Shown: positions 19,406 through 38,739 of the stretch, piece by piece
Numbering within the stretch: position 1 is the stretch's first letter
Layout: each line of letters starts with the position of its first letter
Source of the DNA: the human T2T-CHM13v2.0 reference genome, Homo sapiens
DNA: 64,000 nt
Reading direction: 5' to 3' (one strand)
Assembly: GCF_009914755.1 (NCBI RefSeq)
Contig: NC_060948.1
The notes under the pieces: model-generated
Databases searched by the model: none
Told to the model about the DNA's origin: nothing
Seen by the model: only the letters and a program-made list of their open reading frames with translations
Program-made: the position numbers and the translations under genes

Positions 19406-21503
19406 AGATCCATATTTTTTAAATGAAAAAAAATTTCAAAGGTACTCTGCTTGGTACAATAATCAAATGTATAAACTGAGGAATAAAACATAACCATGAA
19501 ACCTACTTATAACTGCATATGGAAAATACAGAGGATAATTTTTTAAATAACATATTTTGAAAGCCTTAACTAGTAATTTGAAGAGTTGGCATTTGAAAGG
19601 CCACTATGAATATACCTTCAAAGCAGCAACACAGGTTCCCCATGAGAAAAAGCAAACACAGGGAAAATAAAAACACAAAGGTTCAATCTCTTCTGACCTT
19701 TGAAAGACACAGCACAGACAGTGGTCCTTAGGACGAAGAGCAGGAGACCCCTAATTCCGTCACCATGGCGATAGGGAATAAACATTGCTGGGTGAGGGCA
19801 CAATCCACATTGTGAGGTCCAACTGCTGCCAGGAAGACAGGAGTGCTTTTACATAGACCGAAAGGTCATTGAAGGCTCAGAGTTTTGTTTCAAGAACTGA
19901 ATCCCAAGCCCACACGTTATTAGGCTGCGCTTCTTAAAACAAGTTATGAGATGGGAAAAAGGGCACCCACAAACATACGTATACATTATGTATATAATAA
20001 TATACAGTATCATATATATAATATATATAACCTATGTATAATATTGTTTTACATCCTGCATCTTATGTTATATATATTGTATAAAATATAATAATTGATA
20101 ATATATAAGTTTTATAATTATACAATATGACATATAGTATATATTATAATTTATGACATATATAATATATGTTATATATCATATATAGAATATATTATAC
20201 GGTTAATATACGTATTAAATATAAATTATACATTATATATATTATATATAATATATCTGTTATATATAATACCCATTATGCATAATATATATATTATGTC
20301 TATGTTATATATAGTATAAAACAACATATAATAATATATAATTGTATATATAAAATGCGACATATATTATATATTATATTTTATAACATATGTAATATAT
20401 ATTATATATAATATGTTGTATGTATAATACCTATATTAAATATATATTATATGACTATGTTATTAATTACATGTCACATGTGTTATATATTATATATTTT
20501 ACATAGAATATACCGGTTACATACAATATATACCATGTTACCTATAATGTATAATTTATTACATGTAAAATAAAGAATGCAATATATTATGTATAATTTA
20601 TAATATACAATATGTGGAATGTGATATATATAACATATAATATATGATATATGATATACAGTATATGATATATAACATACAATATATGATTCCTAATATA
20701 TATGGTATACAATATATATTTTATGATATGTATTCTATATGTTTTATATTCTGTTATATATAACTATTTGAAATTATATATAACTGTATAATATCTTATG
20801 TAAATATGTAATATAATATATATAACTATATAATATATTATATATAACTATATATTATGTTATATATACTTTTATAACATAATTTACATAAAATATCATA
20901 ATATAATATATATTATATTATTTCATATTAAATAATATATATTACATATCACCCAATATAACTAACATACATAATATTATAATATAGATTATATTGTGTT
21001 ATATTAAATATCATATATATCTTGTATCATATATTCTATAATATATATTACACATTATATAATATGTATGTTGTCTATTATGTGATATATATAACTATAT
21101 ATATAATTATATTTTTATACATATAACTAGATAAACATGTAATTCTACATATTTTCATTTATAATACGTAGAATTATATTATCATATATAATTATTTATA
21201 TTCTATAAAAAATTTTATCATTATATAAATTATAATATATAAAAATTATAATATGTACTACAAATATATATATTATATATCATATATGATATAGTACCTT
21301 TGTTATATATCACAATACATATAAATGTGTATTATGTTATCTATAATTATATAATTTCATATATAAGATGTATAATATGTATCTTATATTATATAAGTTA
21401 TGTAATATATATAGTATATATAAGATGACACAGGATAAATATTATATACTATGACATATAAAATATATGAGGTTATATGTTACATATAAGGCATAGCACA
21501 TAA

Positions 21504-21818
<315 letters not shown>

Positions 21819-23939
21819 AGATCCATATTTTTTAAATGAAAAAAAATTTCAAAGGTACTCTGCTTGGTACAATAATCAAATGTATAAACTGAGGAATAAA
21901 ACATAACCATGAAACCTACTTATAACTGCATATGCAAAATACAGAGGTTAATTTTTTAAATAACATATTTTGAAAGCCTTAACTAGTAATTTGAAGAGTT
22001 GGCATTTGAAAGGCCAGTATGAATATACCTTCAAAGCAGCAACACAGGTTCCCCATGAGAAAAAGCAAACACAGGGAAAATAAAAACACAAAGGTTCAAT
22101 CTCTGCTGACCTTTGAAAGACACAGCACAGACAGTGGTCCTTAGGACGAAGAGCAGGAGACCCCTAATTCCGTCACCATGGCGATAGGGCATAAACATTG
22201 CTGGGTGAGGGCACAATCCACATTGTGAGGTCCAACTGCTGCCAGGAAGACAGGAGTGCTTTTACCTAGACCGAAAGGTCATTGAAGGCTCAGAGTTTTG
22301 TTTCAAGAACTGAATCCCAAGCCCACACGTTATTAGGCTGCGCTTCTTAAAACAAGTTATGAGATGGGAAAAAGGGCACCCACAAACATACGTATACATT
22401 ATGTATATAATAATATGCAGTGTCATATATATAATATATATAACCTATGTATAATATTGTTTTACATCCTGCATCTTCTGTTATATATATTGTATAAAAT
22501 ATAATTATTGATAATATATAAGTTTTATAATTATACAATATGACATATAGTATATATTATAATTTATGACATATATAATATATGTTATATATCATATATA
22601 GAATATATTATACGGTTAATATAAGTATTAAATATAAATTATACATTATATATATTACATATAATATATCTGTTATATATAATACCCATTATGTATAATA
22701 TATATATTATGTCTATGTTATATATAGTATAAAACAACATATAATAATATATAATTGTATATATAAAATGCGACATATAATATATATTATATTTTATAAC
22801 ATATGTAATATATATTATATATAATACGTTGTATGTATAATACCTATATTAAATATATATTATATGACTATGTTATTAATTACATGTCACATGTGTTATA
22901 TATTATATATTTTACATAGAATATACCGGTTACATACAATATATACTATGTTACCTATAATGTATAATTTATTACATGTAAAATAAAGAATGCAATATAT
23001 TATGTAAAATTTATAACATACAATATGTGGAAAGTGATATATATAACATATAATATATGATATATGATATACAGTATATGATATATAACATACAATATAT
23101 GATTCCTAATATATATGGTATACAATATATATTTTATGATATGTATTCTCTATGTTTTATATTCTGTTATATATAACTATTTGAAATTATATATAACTGT
23201 ATAATATTTTATGTAAATATGTAATATAATATATATAACTATATAATATATTATATATAACTATATATTATGTTATATATACTTTTATAACATAATTTAC
23301 CTAAAATATCATAATATAATATACATTATATTATTTCATATTACATAATATATATTACATATCACCCAATATAACTAACATACATAATATTATAATATAG
23401 ATTATATTGTGTTATATTAAATATCATATATATCATGTATCATATATTCTATAATATATATTACACATTATATAATATGTATGTTGTCTATTATGTGATA
23501 TATATAACTATATATATAATTATATTTTTATACATATAACTAGATAAACATGTTATTCTACATATTTTCATTTATAATATGTAGAATTATATAATCATAT
23601 ATAATTATTTATATTCTATAAAAAATTTTATCATTCTATAAATTATAATATATAAAAATTATAATATGTACTACAAATATATATATTATATATCATATAT
23701 GATATAGTACCTTTGTTATATATCATAATACATATAAATGTGTATTATGTTATCTATAATTATATAATTTCATATATAAGATGTATAATATGTATCATAT
23801 ATTATATATGTTATGTAATATATATAGTATATATAAGATGACACAGGATAAATATTATATACTATGACATATAAAATATATGAGGTTATATGTTACATAT
23901 AAGGCATAGCACATAACATGTAAAATATATCATATATAA

Positions 23940-24231
23940 TTTTTTTTTAGACAGAATCTTGTCCTGTTGCACAGGGTGGGGTACAATGGCGCCATCTTTG
24001 CTCACTGCAACTTCTGCCTCACGGGTCCAAGCGATTGTCCTCCCTCAGCCTCCCAGGTAGCTGGGACTACACCACACTGGGACTACACCAGCTGCCACCA
24101 TGCCTAGCTAATTTTTTGGATTTTTAGTAGTGACAGCCTTTCACTGTATTGGCCAGGATGGTCTTGATCTCTTCACCTTGTGATCCCCTTGCCTTGGCCT
24201 CCAAATTTGCTGGGATTACAGGCCTGAGCCA
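23940..24231 (-). mobile_element. AluY-like copy in DYZ2 monomer
   Basis: Near-identical; CAGCCTTT variant. Confidence 0.9.
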
Positions 24232-26320
24232 AGATCCATATTTTTTAAATGAAAAAAAATTTCAAAGGTACTCTGCTTGGTACAATAATCAAATGTATAA
24301 ACTGAGGAATAAAACATAACCATGAAACCTACTTATAACTGCATATGGAAAATACAGAGGATAATTTTTTAAATAACATATTTTGAAAGCCTTAACTAGT
24401 AATTTGAAGAGTTGGCATTTGAAAGGCCACTATGAATATACCTTCAAAGCAGCAACACAGGTTCCCCATGAGAAAAAGCAAACACAGGGAAAATAAAAAC
24501 ACAAAGGTTCAATCTCTTCTGACCTTTGAAAGACACAGCACAGACAGTGGTCCTTAGGACGAAGAGCAGGAGACCCCTAATTCCGTCACCATGGCGATAG
24601 GGAATAAACATTGCTGGGTGAGGGCACAATCCACATTGTGAGGTCCAACTGCTGCCAGGAAGACAGGAGTGCTTTTACATAGACCGAAAGGTCATTGAAG
24701 GCTCAGAGTTTTGTTTCAAGAACTGAATCCCAAGCCCACACGTTATTAGGCTGCGCTTCTTAAAACAAGTTATGAGATGGGAAAAAGGGCACCCACAAAC
24801 ATACGTATACATTATGTATATAATAATATACAGTATCATATATATAATATATATAACCTATGTATAATATTGTTTTACATCCTGCATCTTATGTTATATA
24901 TATTGTATAAAATATAATAATGGATAATATATAAGTTTTATAATTATACAATATGACATATAGTATATATTATAATTTATGACATATATAATATATGTTA
25001 TATATCATATATAGAATATATTATACGGTTAATATACGTATTAAATATAAATTATACATTATATATATTATATATAATATATCTGTTATATATAATACCC
25101 ATTATGTATAATATATATATTATGTCTATGTTATATATAGTATAAAACAACATATAATAATATATAATTGTATATATAAAATGCGACATATAATATATAT
25201 TATATTTTATAACATATGTAATATATATTATATATAATACGTTGTATGTATAATACCTATATTAAATATATATTATATGACTATGTTATTAATTACATGT
25301 TACATGTGTTATATATTATATATTTTACATAGAATATACCGGTTACATACAATATATACTATGTTACCTATAATGTATAATTTATTACATGTAAAATAAA
25401 GAATGCAATATATTATGTATAATTTATAATATACAATATGTGGAATGTGATATATATAACATATAATATATGATATATGATATACACTATATGATATATA
25501 ACATACAATATATGATTCCTAATATATATGGTATACAAAATATATTTTATGATATGTATTCTATATGTTTTATATTCTGTTATATATAACTATTTGAAAT
25601 TATATATAACTGTATAATATTTTATGTAAATATGTAATATAATATATATAACTATATAATATATTATATATAACTATATATTATGTTATATATACTTTTA
25701 TAACATAATTTACATAAAATATCATAATATAATATATATTATATTATTTCATATTACATAATATATATTACATATCACCCAATATAAGTAACATACATAA
25801 TATTATAATATAGATTATATTATGTTATATTAAATATCATATATATCATGTATCATATATTCTATAATATATATTACACATTATATAATATGTATGTTGT
25901 CTATTATGTGATATATATAACTATATATTATTATATTATTATACATATAACTAGATAAACATGTAATTCTACATATTTTCATTTATAATATATAGAATTA
26001 TATAATCATATATAATTATTTATATTCTATAAAAAATTATATCATTATATAAATTATAATATAAAAAAATTATAATATGTACTACAAATATATATATTAT
26101 ATATCATATATGATATAGTACCTTTGTTATATATCATAATACATATAAATGTGTATTATGTTATCTATAATTATATAATTTCATATATAAGATGTATAAT
26201 ATGTATTATATATTGTATATGTTATGTAATATATATAGTATATATAAGCTGACACAGGATAAATATTATATACTATGACATATAAAATATATGAGGTTAT
26301 ATGTTACATATAAGGCATAG

Positions 26321-26641
<321 letters not shown>

Positions 26642-28769
26642 AGATCCATATTTTTTAAATGAAAAAAAATTTCAAAGGTACTCTGCTTGGTACAATAATC
26701 AAATGTATAAACTGAGGAATAAAACATAACCATGAAACCTACTTATAACTGCATATGGAAAATACAGAGGATAATTTTTTAAATAACATATTTGGAAAGC
26801 CTTAACTAGTAATTTGAAGAGTTGGCATTTGTAAGGCCAGTATGAATATACCTTCAAAGCAGCAACACAGGTTCCCCATGAGAAAAAGCAAACTCAGGGA
26901 AAATAAAACCACAAAGGTTCAATCTCTTCTGACCTTTGAAAGACACAGCACAGACAGTGGTCCTTAGGACGAAGAGCAGGAGACCCCTAATTCCGTCACC
27001 ATGGCGATAGGGCATAAACATTGCTGGGTGAGGGCACAATCCACATTGTGAGGTCCAACTGCTGCCAGGAAGACAGGAGTGCTTTTACATAGACCGAAAG
27101 GTCATTGAAGGCTCAGAGTTTTGTTTCAAGAACTGAATCCCAAGCCCACACGTTATTAGGCTGCGCTTCTTAAAACAAGTTATGAGATGGGAAAAAGGGC
27201 ACCCACAAACATACGTATACATTATGTATATAATAATATACAGTATCATATATAAAATATGTATAACCAATGTATAATATTGTTTTACATCCTGCATCTT
27301 ATATTATATATATTGTATAAAATATAATAATTGATAATATATAAGTTTTATATTTATACAATATGACATATAGTATATATTATACTTTATGACATATATA
27401 ATATATGTTATATATCATATATAGAATATATTATACGGTTAATATACGTATTAAATATAAATTATACATTATATATATTATATAAAATATATCTGTTATA
27501 TATAATACCCATTATGCATAATATATATATTATGTCTATGTTATATATAGTATAAAACAACATATAATAATATATAATTGTATATATAAAATGCGACATA
27601 TAATATATATTATATTTTATGACATATGTAATATATATTATATATTATATATAATACGTTGTATGTATAATACCTATGTTAAATATATATTATATGACTA
27701 TGTTATGAATTACATGTCACATATGTTATATATTATATATTTTACATAGAATATACCGGTTACATACAATATATACTATGTTACCTATAATGTATAATTG
27801 ATTACATGTAAAATAAAGAATGCAATATATTATGTATAATTTATAATATACAATATGTGGAATGTGATATATATAACATATAATATATGATATATGATAT
27901 ACAATATATGATATATAACATACAATATATGATACCTAGTATATATGGTATACAATATATATTTTATGATATGTATTCTATATGTTTTATATTCTGTTAT
28001 ATATAACTATTTGAAATTATATATAACTGTATAATATTTTATGTAAATATGTAATATAATATATATAACTATATAATATATTATATATAACTATATATTA
28101 TGTTATATATACTTTTATAACATAATTTACATAAAATGTCATAATATAATATATATTATATTATTTCACATTACATAATATATATTACATATCACCCAAT
28201 ATAAGTAACATACATAATATTATAATATAGATTATATTATGTTATATTAAATATCACATATATCATGTATCATATATTCTATAATATATATTACACATTA
28301 TATAATATGTATGTTGTCTATTTTGTGATATATAAAACTATATATATAATTATATTATTATACATATAACTAGATAAACATGTAATTCTACATATTTTCG
28401 TTTGTAATATATAGAATTATATAATCATATATAATTATTTATATTCTATAAAAAATTATATCATTATATAAATTATAATATAAAAAAATTATAATATGTA
28501 CTACAAATATACATATTATATATCATATATGATATAGTACCTTTGTTATATATCATAATACATATAAATGTGTATTATGTTATCTATAATTATATATTTT
28601 CATATATAAGATGTATAATATGTATTATATATTGTCTATGTTATGTAATATATATAGTATATGTAAGCTGACACAGGATAAATATTATATACTATGAGAT
28701 ATAAAATATATGAGGTTATATGTTACATATAAGGCATAGCACATAACATGTAATATATATCATATATAA

Positions 28770-29061
<292 letters not shown>

Positions 29062-31161
29062 AGATCCATATTTTTTAAATGAAAAAAAATTTCAAAGGTA
29101 CTCTGCTTGGTACAATAATCAAATGTATAAACTGAGGAATAAAACATAACCATGAAACCTACTTATAACTGCATATGGAAAATACAGAGGATAATTTTTT
29201 AAATAACATATTTTGAAAGCCTTAACTAGTAATTTGCAGAGTTGGCATTTGAAAGGCCAGTATGAATATACCTTCAAAGCAGCAACACAGGTTCCCCATG
29301 AGAAAAAGCAAACTCAGGGAAAATAAAACCACAAAGGTTCAATCTCTTCTGACCTTTGAAAGACACAGCACAGACAGTGGTCCTTAGGACGAAGAGCAGG
29401 AGACCCCTAATTCCGTCACCATGGCGATAGGGCATAAACATTGCTGGGTGAGGGCACAATCCACATTGAGAGGTCCAACTGCTGCCAGGAAGACAGGAGT
29501 GCTTTTACATAGACCGAAAGGTCATTGAAGGCTCAGAGTTTTGTTTCAAGAACTGAATCCCAAGCCCACACGTTATTAGGCTGCGCTTCTTAAAACAAGT
29601 TATGAGATGGGAAAAAGGGCACCCACAAACATACGTATACATTATGTATATAATAATATACAGTATCATATATAAAATATGTATAACCTATGTATAATAT
29701 TGTTTTACATCCTGCATCTTATATTATATATATTGTATAAAATATAATAATTGATAATATATAAGTTTTATATTTATACAATATGACATATAGTATATAT
29801 TATACTTTATGACATATATAATATATGTTATATATCATATATAGAATATATTATACGGTTAATATACGTATTAAATATAAATTATACATTATATATATTA
29901 TATAAAATATATCTGTTATATATAATACCCATTATGCATAATATATATATTATGTCTATGTTATATATAGTATAAAACAACATATAATAATATATAATTG
30001 TATATATAAAATGCGACATATAATATATATTATATTTTATGACATATGTAATATATATTATATATTATATATAATACGTTGTATGTATAATACCTATGTT
30101 AAATATATATTATATGACTATGTTATTAATTACATGTCACATATGTTATATATTATATATTTTACATAGAATATACCGGTTACATACAATATATACTATG
30201 TTACCTATAATGTATAATTGATTACATGTAAAATAAAGAATGCAATATATTATGTATAATTTATAATATACAATATGTGGAATGTGATATATATAACATA
30301 TAATATATGATATATGATATACAGTATATGATATATAACATACAATATATGATTCCTAATATATATGGTATACAATATATATTTTATGATATGTATTCTA
30401 TATGTTTTATATTCTGTTATATATAACTATTTGAAATTATATATAACTGTATAATATTTTATGTAAATATGTAATATAATATATATAACTATATAATATA
30501 TTATATATAACTATATATTATGTTATATATACTTTTATAACATAATTTACATAAAATGTCATAATATAATATATATTATATTATTTCACATTACATAATA
30601 TATATTACATATCACCCAATATAAGTAACATACATAATATTATAATATAGATTATATTATGTTATATTAAATATCACATATATCATGTATCATATATTCT
30701 ATAATATATATTACACATTATATAATATGTATGTTGTCTATTTTGTGATATATAAAACTATATATATAATTATATTATTATACATATAACTAGATAAACA
30801 TGTAATTCTACATATTTTCGTTTGTAATATATAGAATTATATAATCATATATAATTATTTATATTCTATAAAAAATTATATCATTATATAAATTATAATA
30901 TAAAAAAATTATAATATGTACTACAAATATATATATTATATATCATATATGATATAGTACCTTTGTTATATATCATAATACATATAAATGTGTATTATGT
31001 TATCTATAATTATATAATTTCATATATAAGATGTATAATATGTATTATATATTGTATATGTTATGTGATATATATATAGTATATATAAGCTGACACAGGT
31101 TAAATATTATATACTATGACATATAAAATATATGAGGTTATATGTTACATATAAGGCATAG

Positions 31162-31482
<321 letters not shown>

Positions 31483-33610
31483 AGATCCATATTTTTTAAA
31501 TGAAAAAAAATTTCAAAGGTACTCTGCTTGGTACAATAATCAAATGTATAAACTGAGGAATAAAACATAACCATGAAACCTACTTATAACTGCATATGGA
31601 AAATACAGAGGATAATTTTTTAAATAACATATTTTGAAAGCCTTAACTAGTAATTTGAAGAGTTGGCATTTGAAAGGCCAGTATGAATATACCTTCAAAG
31701 CAACAACACAGGTTCCCCATGAGAAACAGCAAACTCAGGGAAAATAAAACCACAAAGGTTCAAGCTCTTCTGACCTTTGAAAGACACAGCACAGACAGTG
31801 GTCCTTAGGACGAAGAGCAGGAGACCCCTAATTCCGTCACCATGGCGATAGGGCATAAACATTGCTGGGTGAGGGCACAATCCACATTGTGAGGTCCAAC
31901 TGCTGCCAGGAAGACAGGAGTGCTTTTACATAGACCGAAAGGTCATTCAAGGCTCAGAGTTTTGTTTCAAGAACTGAATCCCAAGCCCACACGTTATTAG
32001 GCTGCGCTTCTTAAAACAAGTTATGAGATGGGAAAAAGGGCACCCACAAACATACGTATACATTATGTATATAATAATATACAGTATCATATATATAATA
32101 TATATAACCTATGTATAATATTGTTTTACATCCTGCATCTTATATTATATATATTGTCTAAAATATAATAATTGATAATATATAAGTTTTATATTTATAC
32201 AATATGACATATAGTATATATTATAATTTATGACATATATAATATATGTTATATATCATATATAGAATATATTATACGGTTAATATACGTATTAAATATA
32301 AATTATACATTATATATATTATATATAATATATCTGTTATATATAATACCCATTATGCATAATATGTATATTTTGTCTTTGTTATATATAGTATAAAACA
32401 ACATATAATAATATATAATTGTATATATAAAATGCGACATATAATATATATTATATTTTATGACATATGTAATATATATTATATATTATATATAATACGT
32501 TGTATGTATAATACCTATATTAAATATATATTATATGACTATGTTATTAATTACATGTCACATATGTTATATATTATATATTTTACATAGAATATACCGG
32601 TTACATACAATATATACTATGTTACCTATAATGTATAATTTATTACATGTAAAATAAAGAATGCAATATATTATGTATAATTTATAATATACAATATGTG
32701 GAATGTGATATATATAACATATAATATATGATATATGATATACACTATATGATATATAACATACAATATATGATTCCTAATATATATGGTATACAATATA
32801 TATTTTATGATATGTATTCTATATGTTTTATATTCTGTTATATATAACTATTTGAAATTATATATAACTGTATAATATTTTATGTAAATATGTAATATAA
32901 TATATATAACTATATAATATATTATATATAACTATATATTATGTTATATATACTTTTATAACATAATTTACATAAAATATCATAATATAATATATATTAT
33001 ACTATTTCATATTACATAATATATATTACATATCGCCCAATATAACTAACATACATAATATTATAATATAGATTATATTATGTTATATTAAATATCATAT
33101 ATATCATGTATCATATATTCTATAATATATATTACACATTATATAATATGTATGTTGTCTATTATGTGATATATATAACTATATATATAATTATATTTTT
33201 ATACATATAACTAGATAAACATGTAATTCTACATATTTTCATTTATAATATGTAGAAGTATATAATCATATATAATTATTTATATTCTATAAAAAATTTT
33301 ATCATTATATAAATTATAATATATAAAAATTATAATATGTACTACAAATATATATATTATATATCATATATGATATAGTACCTTTGTTATATATCATAAT
33401 ACATATAAATGTGTATTATGTTATCTATAATTATATAATTTCATATATAAGATGTATAATATGTATCATATATTATATATGTTATGTAATATATATAGTA
33501 TATATAAGATGACACAGGATAAATATTATATACTATGACATATAAAATATATCAGGTTATATGTTACATATAAGGCATAGCACATAACATGTAATATATA
33601 TCATATATAA

Positions 33611-33902
33611 TTTTTTTTTAGACAGAATCTTGTCCTGTTGCACAGGGTGGGGTACAATGGCGCCATCTTTGCTCACTGCAACTTCTGCCTCACGGGTCCA
33701 AGCGATTGTCCTCCCTGAGCCTCCCAGGTAGCTGGGACTACACCACACTGGGACTACACCAGCTGCCACCATGCCTAGCTAATTTTTTGGATTTTTAGTA
33801 GTGACAGCGTTTCACTGTATTGGCCAGGATGGTCTTGATCTCTTCACCTTGTGATCCCCTTGCCTTGGCCTCCAAATTTGCTGGGATTACAGGCCTGAGC
33901 CA
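33611..33902 (-). mobile_element. AluY-like copy in DYZ2 monomer
   Basis: Flanking-domain haplotype (GACAGAATCT, GGGGT, CCCTGAGC) lying inside the middle domain. Confidence 0.9.
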
Positions 33903-36028
33903 AGATCCATATTTTTTAAATGAAAAAAAATTTCAAAGGTACTCTGCTTGGTACAATAATCAAATGTATAAACTGAGGAATAAAACATAACCATGAAACC
34001 TACTTATAACTGCATATGGAAAATACAGAGGATAATTTTTTAAATAACACAGTTTGAAAGCCTTAACTAGTAATTTGAAGAGTTGGCATTTGAAAGGCCA
34101 GTATGAATATATCTTCAAAGCAGCAACACAGGTTCCCCATGAGAAAAAGCAAACACAGGGAAAATAAAAACACAAAGGTTCAATCTCTTCTGACCTTTGA
34201 AAGACACAGCACAGACAGTGGTCCTTAGGACGAGGAGCAGGAGACCCCTAATTCCGTCACCATGGCGATAGGGCATAAACATTGCTGGGTGAGGGCACAA
34301 TCCACATTGTGAGGTCCAACTGCTGCCAGGAAGACAGGAGTGCTTTTACATAGACCGAAAGGTCATTGAAGGCTCAGAGTTTTGTTTCAAGAACTGAATC
34401 CCAAGCCCACACGTTATTAGGCTGCGCTTCTTAAAACAAGTTATGAGATGGGAAAAAGGGCACCCACAAACATACGTATACATTATGTATATAATAATAT
34501 ACAGTATCATATATATAATATATATAACCTATGTATAATATTGTTTTACATCCTGCATCTTATATTATATATATTGTCTAAAATATAATAATTGATAATA
34601 TATAAGTTTTATATTTATACAATATGACATATAGTATATATTATAATTTATGACATATATAATATATGTTATATATCATATATAGAATATATTATACGGT
34701 TAATATACGTATTAAATATAAATTATACATTATATATATTATATATAATATATCTGTTATATATAATACCCATTATGCATAATATGTATATTATGTCTAT
34801 GTTATATATAGTATAAAACAACATATAATAATATATAATTGTATATATAAAATGGGACATATAATATATATTATATTTTATGACATATGTAATATATATT
34901 ATATATTATATATAATACGTTGTATGTATAATACCTATATTAAATATATATTATATGACTATGTTATTAATTACATGTCACATGGGTTATATATTATATA
35001 TTTTACATAGAATATACCGGTTACATACAATATATACTATGTTACCTATAATGTATAATTGATTACATGTAAAATAAAGAATGCAATATATTATGTATAA
35101 TTTATAATATACAATATTTGGAATGTGATATATATAACATATAATATATGATATATGATATACAGTATATGATATATAACATACAATATATGATACCTAG
35201 TATATATGGTATACAATATATATTTTATGATATGTATTCTATATGTTTTATATTCTGTTATATATAACTATTTGAAATTATATATAATTGTATAATATTT
35301 TATGTAAATATGTAATATAATACATATAACTATATAATATATTATATATAACTATATATTATGTTATATATACTTTTATATCATAATTTACATAAAATGT
35401 CATAATATAATATATATTATATTATTTCAAATTACATAATATATATTACATATCACCCAATATAAGTAACATACATAATATTATAATATAGATTATATTA
35501 TGTTATGTTAAATATCATATATATCATGTATCATATATTCTATAATATATATTATACATTATATAATATGTATGTTGTCTATTATGTGATATATATAACT
35601 ATATATTATTATATTATTATACATATAACTAGATAAACATGTAATTCTACATATTTTCATTTATAATATATAGAATTATATAATCATATATAATTATTTA
35701 TATTCTATAAAAAATTATATCATTATATAAATTATAATATAAAAAAATTATAATATGTACTACAAATATATATATTATATATCATATATGATATAGTACC
35801 TTTGTTATATATCATAATACATATAAATGTGTATTATGTTATCTATAATTATATAATTTCATATATAAGATGTATAATATGTATTATATATTGTATATGT
35901 TATGTAATATATATAGTATATATAAGCTGACACAGGATAAATATTATATACTATGACATATAAAATATATGAGGTTATATGTTACATATAAGGCATAGCA
36001 CATAACATGTAATATATATCATATATAA

Positions 36029-36320
36029 TTTTTTTTTAGACAGAGTCTTGTCGTGTTGCACAGGGTGAAGTACAATGGCGCCATATTTGCTCACTGCAAC
36101 ATCTGCCTCACGGGTCCAAGCGATTGTCCTCCCTCAACCTCTCAGGTAGCTGGGAGTACACCACACTGGGACTACACCAGCTGCCACCATGCCTAGCTAA
36201 TTTTTTGGATTTTTAGTAGTGACAGCGTTTCACTGTATTGCCCAGGATGGTCTTGATCTCTTCACCTTGTGATCCCCTTGCCTTGGCCTCCAAATTTGCT
36301 GGGATTACAGGCCTGAGCCA
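36029..36320 (-). mobile_element. AluY-like copy in DYZ2 monomer (divergent)
   Basis: Middle-domain haplotype plus about 6 private substitutions. Confidence 0.9.
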
Positions 36321-38418
36321 AGATCCATATTTTTTAAATGAAAAAAAATTTCAAAGGTACTCTGCTTGGTACAATAATCAAATGTATAAACTGAGGAATA
36401 AAACATAACCATGAAACCTACTTATAACTGCATATGGAAAATACAGAGGATAATTTTTTAAATAACATATTTTGAAAGCCTTAACTAGTAATTTGAAGAG
36501 TTGGCATTTGAAAGGCCAGTATGAATATACCTTCAAAGCAGCAACACAGGTTCCCCATGAGAAAAAGCAAACTCAGGGAAAATAAAACCACAAAGGTTCA
36601 ATCTCTTCTGACCTTTGAAAGACACAGCACAGACAGTGGTCCTTAGGACGAAGAGCAGGAGACCCCTAATTCCGTCACCATGGCGATAGGGCATAAACAT
36701 TGTTGGGTGAGGGCACAATCCACATTGAGAGGTCCAACTGCTGCCAGGAAGACAGGAGTGCTTTTACATAGACCGAAAGGTCATTGAAGGCTCAGAGTTT
36801 TGTTTCAAGAACTGAATCCCAAGCCCACACGTTATTAGGCTGCGCTTCTTAAAACAAGTTATGAGATGGGAAAAAGGGCACCCACAAACATACGTATACA
36901 TTATGTATATAATAATATACAGTATCATATATATAATATATATAACCTATGTATAATATTGTTTTACATCCTGCATCTTATATTATATATATTGTCTAAA
37001 ATATAATAATTGATAATATATAAGTTTTATATTTATACAATATGACATATAGTATATATTATAATTTATGACATATATAATATATGTTACATCTCATATA
37101 TAGAATATATTATACGGTTAATATACGTATTAAATATAAATTATACATTATATATATTATATATAATATATCTGTTATATATAATACCCATTATGCATAA
37201 TATGTATATTATGTCTATGTTATATATAGTATAAAACAACATATAATAATATATAATTGTATATATAAAATGCGACATATAATATATATTATATTTTATG
37301 ACATATGTAATATATATTTTATATTATATATAATACGTTGTATGTATAATACCTATATTAAATATATATTATATGACTATGTTATTAATTACATGTCACA
37401 TATATTATATATTATATATTTTACATAGAATATACCGGTTACATGCAATATATACTATGTTACCTATAATGTATAATTGATTACATGTAAAATAAAGAAT
37501 GCAATATATTATGTAAAATTTATAATATACAATATGTGGAATGTGATATATATAACATATAATATATGATATATGATATACAGTATATGATATATAACAT
37601 ACAATATATGATACCTAATATATATGGTATACAATATATATTTTATGATATGTATTCTATATGTTTTATATTCTGTTATATATAACTATTTGAAATTATA
37701 TATAACTGTATAATATTTTATGTAAATATGTAATATAATATATATAACTATATAATATATTATATATAACTATATATTATGTTATATATACTTTTATAAC
37801 ATAATTTACGTAAAATGTCATAATATAATATATATTATATTATTTCACATTACATAATATATATTTCATATCACCCAATATAAGTAACATACATAATATT
37901 ATAATATAGATTATATTATGTTATATTAAATATCATATATATCATGTATCATATATTCTATAATATATATTACACATTATATAATATGTATGTTGTCTAT
38001 TTTGTGATATATAAAACTATATATATAATTATATTATTATACATATAACTAGATAAACATGTAATTCTACATATTTTCATTTGTAATATATAGAATTATA
38101 TAATCATATATAATTATTTATATTCTATAAAAAATTATATCATTATATAAATTATAATATAAAAAAATTATAATATGTACTACAAATATATATATTATAT
38201 ATCATATATGATATAGTACCTTTGTTATATATCATAATACATATAAATGTGTATTATGTTATCTATAATTATATAATTTCATATATAAGATATATAATAT
38301 GTATTATATATTGTATATGTTATGTAATATATATAGTATATATAAGCTGACACAGGATAAATATTATATACTATGACATATAAAATATATGAGGTTATAT
38401 GTTACATATAAGGCATAG

Positions 38419-38739
<321 letters not shown>

